Of a stretch of 64,000 nucleotides of DNA, positions 29,314 through 39,458 are shown in pieces. Origin of the DNA: Candidatus Liptonbacteria bacterium (GTDB lineage Bacteria > Patescibacteriota > Minisyncoccia > UBA6257 > 2-01-FULL-56-20). Location: assembly GCA_016204355.1 (NCBI GenBank), contig JACQKT010000018.1:4987-68986 (forward strand), given 5' to 3'. The notes below the pieces were generated by a model. It was not told the origin of the DNA and did not search any database. It worked only from the letters and a program-made list of their open reading frames with translations. A program made the position numbers and the translations under genes. Each line of letters begins with the position of its first letter. The first letter of the stretch is position 1.

Positions 29314-30021
29314 ATGAAAAAAATCCTGAGTTCATTTTTCGATTCCGTAATGGATATCTTGTTTCCGTCTCTTTGTCTTGATTGCGGCGAAAGTATAGTT
29401 TCCGACGAAATGCTCTGCGCCCGGTGTTTTGAAAACATTTACATAAACCGCTCTCTTTTTTGCGGAAAATGCGGCGCACGGCTTCCAAGTCTAAAAAAAA
29501 TTTGCCATTTGGATTTTCCATATATTCTCGGAGCTGCCGCCTCTTACAAGGACGAACTGCCGCGGCTTTTGGTTCATGAACTAAAATTTAAATTTGTCAG
29601 AAATGCGGCACGGCCGCTCGCGGAAATTTTGGCGATTTACGCAAGAAATGCGGGGCTTACCGAAGATGATTGGCTTGTTGTTCCCGTTCCACTCGGGCCA
29701 AAGCGCTTTCGTCGCCGCGGATACAATCAGTCGGAAATCATCGCAAAAATCTTCGCCGAGACACTTTCTATAAAAATTGAAAATGACGGTTTTGTTCGTT
29801 CGAAGGAAACGAAGCCGCAAAGCGAAATGAGAGACTTCGAATCGCGCGTGGAAAATACGAAAGAATGTTTTTCCGTTGTTTCGCCGGAAAAATTTGCGGG
29901 GAAAAACATAATTCTTATCGATGACGTTTCGACTTCCGGGATAACATTTTTCGAGGCGGCAACTTCCTTGAAAAAATCGGGGGCGAAAAAGATAGTGGCG
30001 TTGGCCTCGGTGAAAGGATGA
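29314..30021 (+). CDS. comF: ComF family protein
   Basis: N-terminal CxxC motifs, VPVPL..RRRGYNQS, LIDDVSTSG; ATG at 29314. Confidence 0.9.
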   Translation: MKKILSSFFDSVMDILFPSLCLDCGESIVSDEMLCARCFENIYINRSLFCGKCGARLPSLKKICHLDFPYILGAAASYKDELPRLLVHELKFKFVRNAARPLAEILAIYARNAGLTEDDWLVVPVPLGPKRFRRRGYNQSEIIAKIFAETLSIKIENDGFVRSKETKPQSEMRDFESRVENTKECFSVVSPEKFAGKNIILIDDVSTSGITFFEAATSLKKSGAKKIVALASVKG

Positions 30022-30067
30022 GGCAGGTTCTGTGGCAAAAACTACCCGGCGGTGTTAACATTTTCTA

Positions 30068-30538
30068 ATGGAACGTTTCAGTATAGAATGGCAGGCTCCC
30101 GAATTCGAATACAGGGAAAAAGATGTTTCCTGGTACTGGCTCAGCGCGATGATAGCCGCCATTCTGTTAAGCGCTTCCATTTGGCAAAAAAACTTTCTTT
30201 TCACTATTTTCATAATCGTCGCCGAAATCCTGGTCCTTGTATGGGCGGGCAGAAAACCGAGAACACTTTTATTCAAAATAGACGAGAAGGGGCTTACCAT
30301 AAACAGGAATAAGTTTTATCCTTATTCCCAGATGGAGGCTTTTTCCATAAGAGAGGGCGCATCGAATGAATGGGCCGAGGCAGTATTCAAATTCAGAAAG
30401 GGCGCGCGGCATCTGATTAAAGCGCTGATTCCCGCAAAAAGAGCCGCCGAAATAGAAAAAGCACTGGCGCCGGTTCTGGATAAGAAAGACTTTGAAGAGG
30501 GGCTGATCGATTCCATGGAAAGATTCCTTGGATTCTAG
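30068..30538 (+). CDS. hypothetical membrane protein
   Basis: WQAPEFEY..K...W then two TMs and a beta-rich domain. Confidence 0.7.
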   Translation: MERFSIEWQAPEFEYREKDVSWYWLSAMIAAILLSASIWQKNFLFTIFIIVAEILVLVWAGRKPRTLLFKIDEKGLTINRNKFYPYSQMEAFSIREGASNEWAEAVFKFRKGARHLIKALIPAKRAAEIEKALAPVLDKKDFEEGLIDSMERFLGF

Positions 30539-30588
30539 ACTATGGAATGGATATCGTGTCGTTCGGTTTAACAAAAAAATAAACGCAT

Positions 30589-30660
30589 GCCCTCGTCGTT
30601 CAACGGATAGGACGCGAGATTGCGGATCTCGTAATAGAGGTTCGATTCCTCTCGAGGGCA
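30589..30660 (+). tRNA. tRNA-Arg(GCG)
   Basis: GCCCTCG/CGAGGGC acceptor and CGAGA-TTGCGGA-TCTCG anticodon arm. Confidence 0.92.
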
Positions 30661-30669
30661 CAAAATAAA

Positions 30670-30927
30670 ATGAGATTTGTTTTTCTCCTGCTGATAATCT
30701 TTATAGCGTTGACGGGTTTGTTTTTTTATTTCTCGAACAACTTCGACCAAATTGCGGATTTGGATTACTTTATAAAAACCTCCGTTCAAAAAAAACAAAT
30801 TGAACAGGCGCAGCAAACGACTGGCACGACGACAACTCCTGCAAAAATGGCAGTGCCCGAGGGATTTAATGGCCCGACCGGGGAACCTCACATAATAGGG
30901 CCGCAGGGAGGGCCGCCGAACTATTAG
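30670..30927 (+). CDS. small secreted/membrane hypothetical protein
   Basis: Signal/TM followed by a T/P/G-rich tail. Confidence 0.6.
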   Translation: MRFVFLLLIIFIALTGLFFYFSNNFDQIADLDYFIKTSVQKKQIEQAQQTTGTTTTPAKMAVPEGFNGPTGEPHIIGPQGGPPNY

Positions 30928-31040
30928 TAAATTTCAGGTGTCACGTATCAAGTGTCATTAGTTATTTGACGCTGGTGTTATCGTTGCCTGTATTTGAACT
31001 CTTGACACCCGACACATGATACTTGAAACTTTACGCGCAG

Positions 31041-31114
31041 GCGGGTGTAGCACAGTGGCAGTGCGTCTGGTTGCCAATCAGAATACGAGGGTTCGATTCC
31101 CTTCACCCGCTCCA
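31041..31114 (+). tRNA. tRNA-Gly(GCC)
   Basis: GCGGGTG/CACCCGC acceptor, loop TTGCCAA, U73 and CCA. Confidence 0.94.
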
Positions 31115-31207
31115 GAATTAAACTCAAGTCCTTCTTTATTTAAGAAGTGCGCGGTTTTTATAAGTACTTTGACTAATTTCATTTCCGTTTTAGTATAATA
31201 TCCTAAT

Positions 31208-31807
31208 ATGGCCATAAGTAACCGGCCGCTTTTTATATCGTTTCCTATGTTAGATGGCGAAGCAAAATTAGTTGAAAGCGCCGTCAGGGGTAAGGCCTCG
31301 GCTTTTGGCCTTCTTTATGACCATTATCAGCCGAAAATATATCGGTTCATATTGATAAAGATAGGCCGGCGTGAGGATGCCGAGGACCTTACTCATCAGG
31401 TATTTCTTAACGCCTGGCAGAGTATTTCCAATTACAAAGACCTTGGATTCCCCTTTTCGAGCTGGCTTTACCGGATAGCGAGAAACCAGGTAATCGACAA
31501 ATACCGGACAAAAAAGCGGGAAATCGACATTGAAAAAGTAGAGGCGGAATATTTTTCAGACTTGGGCCTTAACGAAGAAAGCATCGAGGGGAAAATCCGC
31601 ATTGAACTGGTAATGGAAGCGGTAAAGACTCTCAAGCAGGATTATCAGGACGTCTTGATAATGAGATTCGTCGAAGATCTTTCGATAAAAGAAGTTGCCG
31701 CTACAATAGAAAAAACGGAGGGGGCGGTAAAACTCATGCAGCACCGCGCGGTAAAGGAATTAAAAAAAATCCTCGAAAAAAAACATGGAACCAATCGAAC
31801 TTCTTAA
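31208..31807 (+). CDS. ECF sigma-70 factor
   Basis: AFGLLYDHY, AEDLT..VF, FSSWLYRIARN and region 4 EIA/EVA..EGAVK..HRA; start may be 31247. Confidence 0.92.
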   Translation: MAISNRPLFISFPMLDGEAKLVESAVRGKASAFGLLYDHYQPKIYRFILIKIGRREDAEDLTHQVFLNAWQSISNYKDLGFPFSSWLYRIARNQVIDKYRTKKREIDIEKVEAEYFSDLGLNEESIEGKIRIELVMEAVKTLKQDYQDVLIMRFVEDLSIKEVAATIEKTEGAVKLMQHRAVKELKKILEKKHGTNRTS

Positions 31808-32273
31808 AAAATTTAAAAATCTGGAACCGGACCCGGACTATACAAAGAGATCCAGAAATCTTATTTTGAGCAACGGCAGGTGGGCCGGCTTTCCTGTATC
31901 CATGAAAGAAATAACTATGGGAATTTTCAAATCCGGCTGGTCAATAGCCCTGACGGCGGCAATGCTTCTTTTGGCTGTGGGAAGTTTTTCTGCATTGAAA
32001 ATATTTTCACCGGTAAGAAATTCTGTTGTCGACATTACCGGCCTCAAGGCGGAGGCTGAAGCGATAGACGCGCAGATAGAACTGGGCAACGTAGTCTATA
32101 CCTCAGCCCTCGGCATTGAGAACAAAACAAGCACAACGAGTATTGCGTCACCAAAAGCCACCGTGAAAATTTCCCCCCCGGCAAAAACCGAAAATATAGG
32201 CCAAGAAAGCGGGGAAGAAGGCACTTCCACAGAGCCGACCATCGATTCGGTACTGGACGCGCTTTCCCAATAA
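31785..32273 (+). CDS. putative anti-sigma membrane protein
   Basis: Overlaps the sigma gene; short cytoplasmic domain, single TM, extracellular tail. Confidence 0.6.
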   Translation: MEPIELLKKFKNLEPDPDYTKRSRNLILSNGRWAGFPVSMKEITMGIFKSGWSIALTAAMLLLAVGSFSALKIFSPVRNSVVDITGLKAEAEAIDAQIELGNVVYTSALGIENKTSTTSIASPKATVKISPPAKTENIGQESGEEGTSTEPTIDSVLDALSQ

Positions 32274-32277
32274 AACT

Positions 32278-33042
32278 ATGCGAAAAGGCACAATATTGAC
32301 CGGCGCCTTTCTTGTTTCGGCGCTTACGGTAACAATTTTTAACCAGGCGCGCGCGCAAACGAACTGCGATTTCAAAAACAACCTTGAGAAACTTTCGGTT
32401 GCAGAAGAAGCCTCGAAAATCGACGACGGCGCCGAGAATATAAAAAACGAGCTGTCGATAAGAAAAGAACTGCTTAATCAGGCGCTTGATTGTTCGATAA
32501 GCGATGCCCTGAGCCTCCAATCCGAAGTAAAATCAACTCAGGTAGGCTATTCTGACCTCAAAAATTATCAGGCAAGACTTGTATCCAAAATCGACGAAAT
32601 AATCGGATACTATCATAATCAAAAAGAAGTTGTTAAAGATCTCGGCATAGAAGGAAGCAAAATTTTTTCCGCGAATCTGAGAACATGGAGAGATTCCAAC
32701 TACGCTCCGATAGAAGAACTGGGCAAAAATTTCCCTATCTTTGCACGCAACCAGGACTTTCTTCAGACTGCGCAGAACAGGCTGTATCAAATAAGCTTGA
32801 CATTAAGGGCGCTTGAATTGGACGGTGATCAGGAAATAGGAAACCTCGTAAATCAGGCAAGAAGGCAAATCTACTCGGCTAATGAAGATAACGGTTACGC
32901 GGCGGACATTTATAAAAGGCTGTCGTGGCCGAACAATGTATCCGGCCTTGTTCTTTCAACACTCCAGCATTTGAAAGACGCCTATCAAAGCTTTTTTGAA
33001 ATCGGGAGCGAGGCCCAAAAAATAATATCCGAATCTAAGTAA
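32278..33042 (+). CDS. secreted helical hypothetical protein
   Basis: Signal peptide ending ARA; helical composition. Confidence 0.7.
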   Translation: MRKGTILTGAFLVSALTVTIFNQARAQTNCDFKNNLEKLSVAEEASKIDDGAENIKNELSIRKELLNQALDCSISDALSLQSEVKSTQVGYSDLKNYQARLVSKIDEIIGYYHNQKEVVKDLGIEGSKIFSANLRTWRDSNYAPIEELGKNFPIFARNQDFLQTAQNRLYQISLTLRALELDGDQEIGNLVNQARRQIYSANEDNGYAADIYKRLSWPNNVSGLVLSTLQHLKDAYQSFFEIGSEAQKIISESK

Positions 33043-33046
33043 ATCA

Positions 33047-33086
33047 AGAAACCAAGAGCCGCTTTTAAAAGCGGCTCTTGGTTTCT
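33047..33086. terminator. perfect 40-bp palindrome, probable bidirectional terminator
   Basis: AGAAACCAAGAGCCGCTTTT/AAAAGCGGCTCTTGGTTTCT between convergent genes. Confidence 0.7.
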
Positions 33087-33128
33087 GCGGTACTTTTCCC
33101 TTTGCAAGCCTTCTGCCCGCAAAATTCT

Positions 33129-33404
33129 CTACTTAACGGCTTCCTTGAGAACTTTGCCGGCGCGAAATTTCGGCTTGGTTGAAGCCGCAATCTGTATCGT
33201 TTCGCCGGTTTTCGGGTTTCGACCCTGGCGGGCCGCCCTTTTGGCAACGCGGAAAGTTCCGAAACCGGTTATGGCAACGTCTTCGCCGCGCCCCATTGTT
33301 TTCACGATCGTGTCGAAAACAGCTTCGACTGCGCGGTGCGCGGCGGCTTTTGTTTCAAAACCGCCCGCTTTCATCACTGCCTCGACTAATCCGTCTTTGG
33401 TCAT
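33129..33404 (-). CDS. hup: DNA-binding protein HU
   Basis: ITGFGTF, RAARQGRNPKTGE and PKFRAGK. Confidence 0.95.
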   Translation of the reverse strand: MTKDGLVEAVMKAGGFETKAAAHRAVEAVFDTIVKTMGRGEDVAITGFGTFRVAKRAARQGRNPKTGETIQIAASTKPKFRAGKVLKEAVK

Positions 33405-33438
33405 GAATTAATTTTTGGAAATGTAACCGACCTTTTTA

Positions 33439-33473
33439 CCCTCCCAAATTTTGCCCCGCAAAACTTGGTTGGG
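33439..33473. mobile_element. empty 35-bp palindromic element related to the GIY-YIG element ends
   Basis: CCCTCCCAAATTTTGC..GCAAAACTTGGTTGGG flanked by TTA on both sides. Confidence 0.6.
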
Positions 33474-33584
33474 TTAAATCTCTGATTGCTGTAAAGTATA
33501 GCAAAATCGGGCTGAAACGCCAATGTGTGCATAGATATAAAGGTTTGGGCGTGGAAGTCTGTCAACTGGCGCCCAAATTTAAAC

Positions 33585-35852
33585 CTAAAACCCTATGCCG
33601 AGCTGCCTTAAAATCGGCTCGAGTTGGGCGTATGAAGGACTGTCTTTTATATTCAGCTTCTTGACGGCTTCTACGAGGTACTCGCGGGCATCATCGAACT
33701 GCCGCGCGTAGAAGTAAGCCACGCCAAGTTTTATCTCTGTCTCCAAATCGGAATGTTCCGACATGTTCCATGCCGTTTTATAAAGTTCGATCGCCTCGGA
33801 AAGATGTCCGGAATCGGCGAAATAACCCGCAATGGTTCTCGGCTCATAAAAATTTTTCCATTCACGGCCCATTTTGATGGCTGTTTTTATTTCTGCGTAG
33901 CCGGTAGCGGGGTCGCCTGTTGCGAAAGCAAGGAGTCCGTAATAAAAATGCGCGTCGGGCACGCCGGGATTATCATCCAAAACCTGCTTCAGTATCGATA
34001 AAGCTCCCGTATAATCACCTTCTATGGTTTTTGTTTTGGCGAGGTAAAAATATGTTTCCTGCCTTTTCGGGCTTATTTCAAGAGCGACTTTCGCTTCGTC
34101 CTCGGCTTTTTTCGTATACGTTTCGGGGTCGATGCTCGCGACCTCGTTGTAAAGATTTACCAAGGCGTAGTGGTTGAATGCGTCAGCGGGATGTTCGTTG
34201 CGAACTTCTTCCATCGCTTTTATCGCCTTAAGCGCATCCTCGTCGGAAACCGTCCCCGGGTAGTTGAAATACTGACTGGCAACCGCTATCGCGTAATCGC
34301 GTTTGAAATTCCAGGAATAAGGGCTCCATGTTGCCGCCGCTTTTTCGAAATCGCCGAGACCGCGGAAGATATCCTGATGCAAAAAATTTTGAAAGCCATT
34401 ATATAGATGATTCGAGGCTTTTAAAGAATTGATGTTTACAAAATAAACGGGGACGAATGCGGCGACAAGGCATACGCCCGCCACAGCCGGCGAAATTTTC
34501 GTCGGTACGGCGTTTTTCTGCGAAATGTTTCTTATCGCCGCTATATCGCCGGATTTTTCTCTGAAAGCGCCGTTGGTCGCCCCCAGAAATAGAAACATCA
34601 TCAAAAGCGGGCCGATTGTTTCAAAAAAGAAGAGTTGACTTACGGCGTATGACGCAAGCATCGCCATGAAAACCGACCGCCAAATCCGATCGCCTTGTCT
34701 GAATGACTCATAGACTGCGGCCGCGAAAAAACCGATAAAAGCGATGAAAAGGATTATTCCGCCGGCGTTTGCGTACTCGAGAAAAAGATTGTGCGGCTTG
34801 TCGAAATTGGTTTCTCTGTAGGAAGATGCGAGCGCCTTCGGGTCGTAATGGCGGTCGTATATCACTATGAAATTCCCCGGCCCCCATCCGAGAATCGGCT
34901 TTTCAAGAAATCCCTCCCAACCGGCCTTGAGCGCCGAAAGACGCGGCGTCAGCGAACTGTCTCCCGAGAGCGACAAAGAACTGAAACGTGAAATCCCGGG
35001 AATTTTGCTCCAAAAAGGATTTTCTTTTGTTACGAAGAATAAAGCCGCAGACAGCACGATAGCTATCATTAAAACAATGTAAACTTTGCGGTTTCCCAAA
35101 AACCCCCGTATCTCTTCAAGTGGTTTTATCGAAAAGATAAACAAAAGCGTCATGATACCGGCCGCAAGTCCCAATATGTCCCCCCTTGTTTGGGCAAAAA
35201 ATACCGCGACCAGAGCATTAAGCGTTCCTGCCGCGCCCGTGAAAAAAAGTTTGATGCGCGCGTTTTTATTTTCTTGGAGCTGGCGTAGAAAAAGATAAAT
35301 CGCGAGGAAAACATGGAGAACAAGATACCCTGCCATGAATGTCGGGTTGCCGAATGTCGCGCCGGGCCTGTCTCCCGGATTTTCTATGAGAAGAAGATTG
35401 GGAACATAAAGCTGCGCGTAGGCTATAAAACCGATGAATATTGAAACGGCAAGGGAACTGTAAAAAATTTTTCGCCATGGCAACTCGTTGAAAAGCGAGG
35501 AAACAATCAGTCCGAATACCGCGAAATGAAGCATTGCAAAAAACCCTATTCCGCGCTCATAGGTCGACCAAAGGCTTCTCCAAAGATCTATGCCGGCAAA
35601 AGAAGTAAGCAGATAAATTCCAAAAAAAACAGCTCCTGCGGAAATCAAAGGGGTGAATTTCGGGCGATAGCGCGGAAAAGAAATCGCAAGCGCAAGCCAC
35701 AAGAAAAAAGCTATTTCAACGAATATCTGAAAAAAAAGCGTTTTGGTGAGCGTGTAAGGATATACGCTGGGGTTGAAATAAAAAAGCGGCGTGCCTATTA
35801 CAATTATAAAAATCAAACCGATAATTGTTTTCAAAAGATTCTTTTCGCTCAT
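33585..35852 (-). CDS. O-antigen ligase (Wzy_C) family protein with TPR tail
   Basis: Many TMs; ATFGNP, QTRG, PILGWGP.NF and FDKPHN motifs; C-terminal TPRs. Confidence 0.85.
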   Translation of the reverse strand: MSEKNLLKTIIGLIFIIVIGTPLFYFNPSVYPYTLTKTLFFQIFVEIAFFLWLALAISFPRYRPKFTPLISAGAVFFGIYLLTSFAGIDLWRSLWSTYERGIGFFAMLHFAVFGLIVSSLFNELPWRKIFYSSLAVSIFIGFIAYAQLYVPNLLLIENPGDRPGATFGNPTFMAGYLVLHVFLAIYLFLRQLQENKNARIKLFFTGAAGTLNALVAVFFAQTRGDILGLAAGIMTLLFIFSIKPLEEIRGFLGNRKVYIVLMIAIVLSAALFFVTKENPFWSKIPGISRFSSLSLSGDSSLTPRLSALKAGWEGFLEKPILGWGPGNFIVIYDRHYDPKALASSYRETNFDKPHNLFLEYANAGGIILFIAFIGFFAAAVYESFRQGDRIWRSVFMAMLASYAVSQLFFFETIGPLLMMFLFLGATNGAFREKSGDIAAIRNISQKNAVPTKISPAVAGVCLVAAFVPVYFVNINSLKASNHLYNGFQNFLHQDIFRGLGDFEKAAATWSPYSWNFKRDYAIAVASQYFNYPGTVSDEDALKAIKAMEEVRNEHPADAFNHYALVNLYNEVASIDPETYTKKAEDEAKVALEISPKRQETYFYLAKTKTIEGDYTGALSILKQVLDDNPGVPDAHFYYGLLAFATGDPATGYAEIKTAIKMGREWKNFYEPRTIAGYFADSGHLSEAIELYKTAWNMSEHSDLETEIKLGVAYFYARQFDDAREYLVEAVKKLNIKDSPSYAQLEPILRQLGIGF

Positions 35853-35941
35853 AGATAAACGCTGGCGTGGGTTTAGTTATAGTCGCCGGTGAACTTGCTG
35901 GTGTGGAGAAATATTAACAGACCGGCGGCCAAAACCAAACC

Positions 35942-35970
35942 AAAACCCCCCTAACGAAAGTTAGAGGGGT
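35942..35970 (-). terminator. intrinsic terminator after the S-layer-like gene
   Basis: ACCCCTCTAAC-TTTC-GTTAGGGGGGT plus T-tract on the minus strand. Confidence 0.65.
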
Positions 35971-36042
35971 CTCAGGTTTCCGGTTCAGACGGCTACCAAA
36001 CCGCCAACCGGGCTCAACTCGATCGCTAGATCAGAATCAGCT

Positions 36043-39000
36043 TTAGGAGCCGGCAGCGTACGAAACGGAGTTGACGGTTATCGGTATCGTGGTCGCCGGA
36101 ACGTTAAGTCCGGTTACACCTCCCGAAACCGCATCTGTCCATATCACGTTGCCTGCAGCGCTAATTGTAGCCGACAAGGTCTGCGACACACCGTTTTGCG
36201 CGGCACCCATGACTCCAGTCTGCGAAGAGTTAATTCGGAGAGTGAAGCTCTTGCTGGAACCGGCGCTGATAGTGTAGTTGTTGAGGTCGAACGACAAACT
36301 GGTCGTCGTGGAAGCCACAGCGTAGTACGAGCGGCCGTTAGCCGAGTCATACAGAGTGACATAACACGTTGTACAAGTGGCGACACTGCTGTTGCCAGTG
36401 CTCGTAGCGTTGAAGAAGTTTGTCGTCGAAGGACCGGAACCGCTGAAGGTAACCGTTATCGATTGGAGCTTCAGAGCGCCGGCGGAATCGGCCGCGAAGT
36501 TCAGGAGACCGATGTCATCGGTCGCCGATTTCGCGCGTCCGGTTGTAACACCGTTGGCAGTGCCAGTAAGCGTGAGTTTTGTTCTCAAGAGTGTCTGGGC
36601 ATTGCCGTTCGGAGACGAAGTAGCGACTGTTGCAGTCGCATTCGACGTCTGGCCGAGCACGGTCACGAGCTCAGCGGCTGTGTCGTTGCTCGGATCACCC
36701 GAGGTGTCGAACTTGAAGGTGTGCGCTTCGTTGTCTATCGCACCGCTCGAGCTGAACGAAGCAACGTCGCCCTTAAGCGTAAGGACAACCGAGTTGGACT
36801 TCGTTATGGTCACTGGGCTCGCAAAGTGGAACGTGTAGGTGTACGTGGTAGACGTACCGTTCACGCCTGCAGAACCGGCGCATCCCAACTGGCTGGCGCC
36901 ATTGTAGAGACAGAGGTTCTGGAAGCCCGTGGAGGTCGAGGTCGCGCTGACCGAGTCGGTCAAGCGCAGGTCGGTTACCTTCACGTCGTCGGCGTTCGAT
37001 GTCTCGGTGACGAGGAACGCGGCGAGGTTGTTGCCGGTTGAACCCATAACGATCTGGTTTGCGGACGGGTTGGAAGAATCGGCCGAAATCGTGATCGCTG
37101 GCTGGCCGGCGATGGCCACGTTCTGACCCGCGGTCGAGGTGCAGGTGACGGACGTGTACGAGGTCGCGCCGCTGCCTGTGCAGCTGCTGAGAGTCGTAGC
37201 TGTCGTCAGAGTACCTGACGCGTTCGAAAGAAGGTCGGCGTAAACGTCAACATACGTCGTGCCGCCGGAAGGAACCGTAAACGGTGCGCCGGAGAACGCG
37301 AATGTGCCGTTGGCACTCAGCGAAGCTTGCGTGCTGCCGAACTGCGTGCTTCCGACCATTACTTTCAGGTTTTGCATCGAGGCGCCGAAGAGAACCTGGA
37401 CCGAAACGTTCGATATCGACACTCCTTCAGCCGATGAGGCCGTCAGGGCGTACGAACCGATTTTCCGGTTGGTCGAATTTGCTGCGTAAGTCGGAGCTCC
37501 GAAAGCCGTGTTCTTGGCCGTGGTTAGCTGACTCGTCGCCAAAGTGAGGGCGGCTCCTGTCGCCGAACCGCTGTTCGCGGTCTGGCTCGAAGTCAAACCC
37601 TGCAAGTTGTTGTTGGTGGACGCTACCAAGCTGGCCGTTACGGTGCTGAAGTCGGCACCCGATTGTACGTCGCCTCTCAAAGACAAGACTCTGGTCGTGT
37701 TGGCCGGAATCGTGTAGTTGATCGGCGAGCTCGAGTTGCCGAAACACTTCGTAGCGGTTGTTGTGGCCGCGGATTCGGTTCCGTCAGTACACGACAAGGT
37801 TGTTGTCAGAGAGCTGATGGTGGAACCGACCTGACCGCCTGCATCATCGTCCAAGTGGACATTCTTGATGTAGCTGTCAAGCGTGTTTCCAGTGCCGCCA
37901 GTGAAAGCGAGCTGGAAGCTCAAGAACTTGACTTTGACCGGTTCGCCTGCCGCGTAGAAATCGAACTTGGCAAGTGTTACTCCGCTCTGACCCTTGGCAA
38001 TGTTGCCGGTCGGGGTGCTGGAGTCCTGAGTAACGGTTATGCTGCCCTGTTTGATGCTCACCTGCGTGCCGACGTTCGAACCTGCGGTTACAGGCGTGTT
38101 GTATTGCGAGTCAACCGCGTAAACGTCGTAGGCGTTCAAAATCTCAAATTGGAAGTTGAACGAAGGCGAACCCATCACGTCGGCGTAAACTTGAACGTTG
38201 TTCGCGCCGGTGTTGACGGTTGCAGGCGAAGCCGACAAATCGAAGTAGGCCGAGCCGTCGGATGCGACCGCGGCGAGCGTTTGTCCTACTTGCGTGCCGT
38301 TAACCATAAGTTTCACGTTCCTGATGTCGGCTTTGTTGGCCGAACCGATAACGGTGAACTTTATGTTCTTCAAGTACGTCTTGCTGTTGGCTCCCGTGAA
38401 AGTGAAAGCTCCCACAAGGTTGTTCTGGGTGCCTGCCGTCACTGAGGTTCCGATAGAAGACGAAGCAACTGTTATGCTCGCGATGGACGGGTTTGAAACC
38501 GTGGTCATCGTGAACGTGTTTCCGTTAACCGGGACTCCCGTTTCCGTTATGGAATTTCCGGAAGCGTCCATTGAAGAAACGCTGTCCGCTGAAGCCACCT
38601 GGAAGGAAACCGTGTTTCCGGCGTTGACGCTCGAAGAGATGTCAACCTGCAGCCAGAGCTCTCTTGTCTGTCCGGCGGCAACGTTAAGGCCTAAGCCCGA
38701 GAACGTGAGAACGCCGTTAGAGAGAGACTGGTATTGCGCGATTACTTTGCCTCCTTCGACAAGGTAAGCGCCGGTAATGTTGTTGTCAGCAACGACTCCG
38801 ACTTTCGTGAATTTAAGATCCGAAACGGTGACGCCGCTGGCTGTTCCAGCCGTAAGGTTTACGGCCAAAATCGAATTTCTTGCCGACCCGGCAATCAGAG
38901 AACCTGCAGCCGGATTGTTGGCAGAAAGCGAAACTTTAAGGCCCGAAGCCGGAGCAGGAACCGTTGTTCCTCCGCCAGTCGTACCTCCCGTGGTTCCGCC

Positions 39001-39438
39001 CATTGAGGCAATCTTGGCCCTTGTTATGGGACCGAAGTACCCCACAGCCGGTGAAACGCCGTTTGCAGCCTGCCATTTGGCAACCGCGGCCTGTGTCAGC
39101 GAACCAAAGTATGTAGTCTCATTGCCCGGCGAACCTGCGCCGCTCGCGGCAACTTGCGCGCCGTTGGCGTTGAGAAACTGCTGAAGAGCCCTTACGTCAT
39201 CTCCTGTCGAACCCACTGTGAGGCTGCGGGTGAAGTTGTATGAAGTAGTGACACCTCCTTGTGCTGAATTAAGCTGGGCCTGTAATTGCTGTATCTGCGC
39301 GAGCAGTGCGGCAATTTGAGCCTGTAAATCGGCGACCGACTGAGCCTGGGCAACTGGAACCAAGAGAAGCGCTCCTGACATCCACACACTGGTGGTGAGA
39401 GTAAGCGCCGCTGATGTTATTTTTTTGCTTGTGCTCAT
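36043..39438 (-). CDS. large secreted S-layer-like protein with peptidoglycan-binding domain
   Basis: Signal peptide, short coiled coil, FTRSLTVGS.GDDVRALQQFLN..YFG..T..AV..WQ PG-binding motif, then S/T/G/A-rich beta domains. Confidence 0.85.
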   Translation of the reverse strand: MSTSKKITSAALTLTTSVWMSGALLLVPVAQAQSVADLQAQIAALLAQIQQLQAQLNSAQGGVTTSYNFTRSLTVGSTGDDVRALQQFLNANGAQVAASGAGSPGNETTYFGSLTQAAVAKWQAANGVSPAVGYFGPITRAKIASMGGTTGGTTGGGTTVPAPASGLKVSLSANNPAAGSLIAGSARNSILAVNLTAGTASGVTVSDLKFTKVGVVADNNITGAYLVEGGKVIAQYQSLSNGVLTFSGLGLNVAAGQTRELWLQVDISSSVNAGNTVSFQVASADSVSSMDASGNSITETGVPVNGNTFTMTTVSNPSIASITVASSSIGTSVTAGTQNNLVGAFTFTGANSKTYLKNIKFTVIGSANKADIRNVKLMVNGTQVGQTLAAVASDGSAYFDLSASPATVNTGANNVQVYADVMGSPSFNFQFEILNAYDVYAVDSQYNTPVTAGSNVGTQVSIKQGSITVTQDSSTPTGNIAKGQSGVTLAKFDFYAAGEPVKVKFLSFQLAFTGGTGNTLDSYIKNVHLDDDAGGQVGSTISSLTTTLSCTDGTESAATTTATKCFGNSSSPINYTIPANTTRVLSLRGDVQSGADFSTVTASLVASTNNNLQGLTSSQTANSGSATGAALTLATSQLTTAKNTAFGAPTYAANSTNRKIGSYALTASSAEGVSISNVSVQVLFGASMQNLKVMVGSTQFGSTQASLSANGTFAFSGAPFTVPSGGTTYVDVYADLLSNASGTLTTATTLSSCTGSGATSYTSVTCTSTAGQNVAIAGQPAITISADSSNPSANQIVMGSTGNNLAAFLVTETSNADDVKVTDLRLTDSVSATSTSTGFQNLCLYNGASQLGCAGSAGVNGTSTTYTYTFHFASPVTITKSNSVVLTLKGDVASFSSSGAIDNEAHTFKFDTSGDPSNDTAAELVTVLGQTSNATATVATSSPNGNAQTLLRTKLTLTGTANGVTTGRAKSATDDIGLLNFAADSAGALKLQSITVTFSGSGPSTTNFFNATSTGNSSVATCTTCYVTLYDSANGRSYYAVASTTTSLSFDLNNYTISAGSSKSFTLRINSSQTGVMGAAQNGVSQTLSATISAAGNVIWTDAVSGGVTGLNVPATTIPITVNSVSYAAGS

Positions 39439-39458
39439 TTGGTAATTTTTTTTCGACT

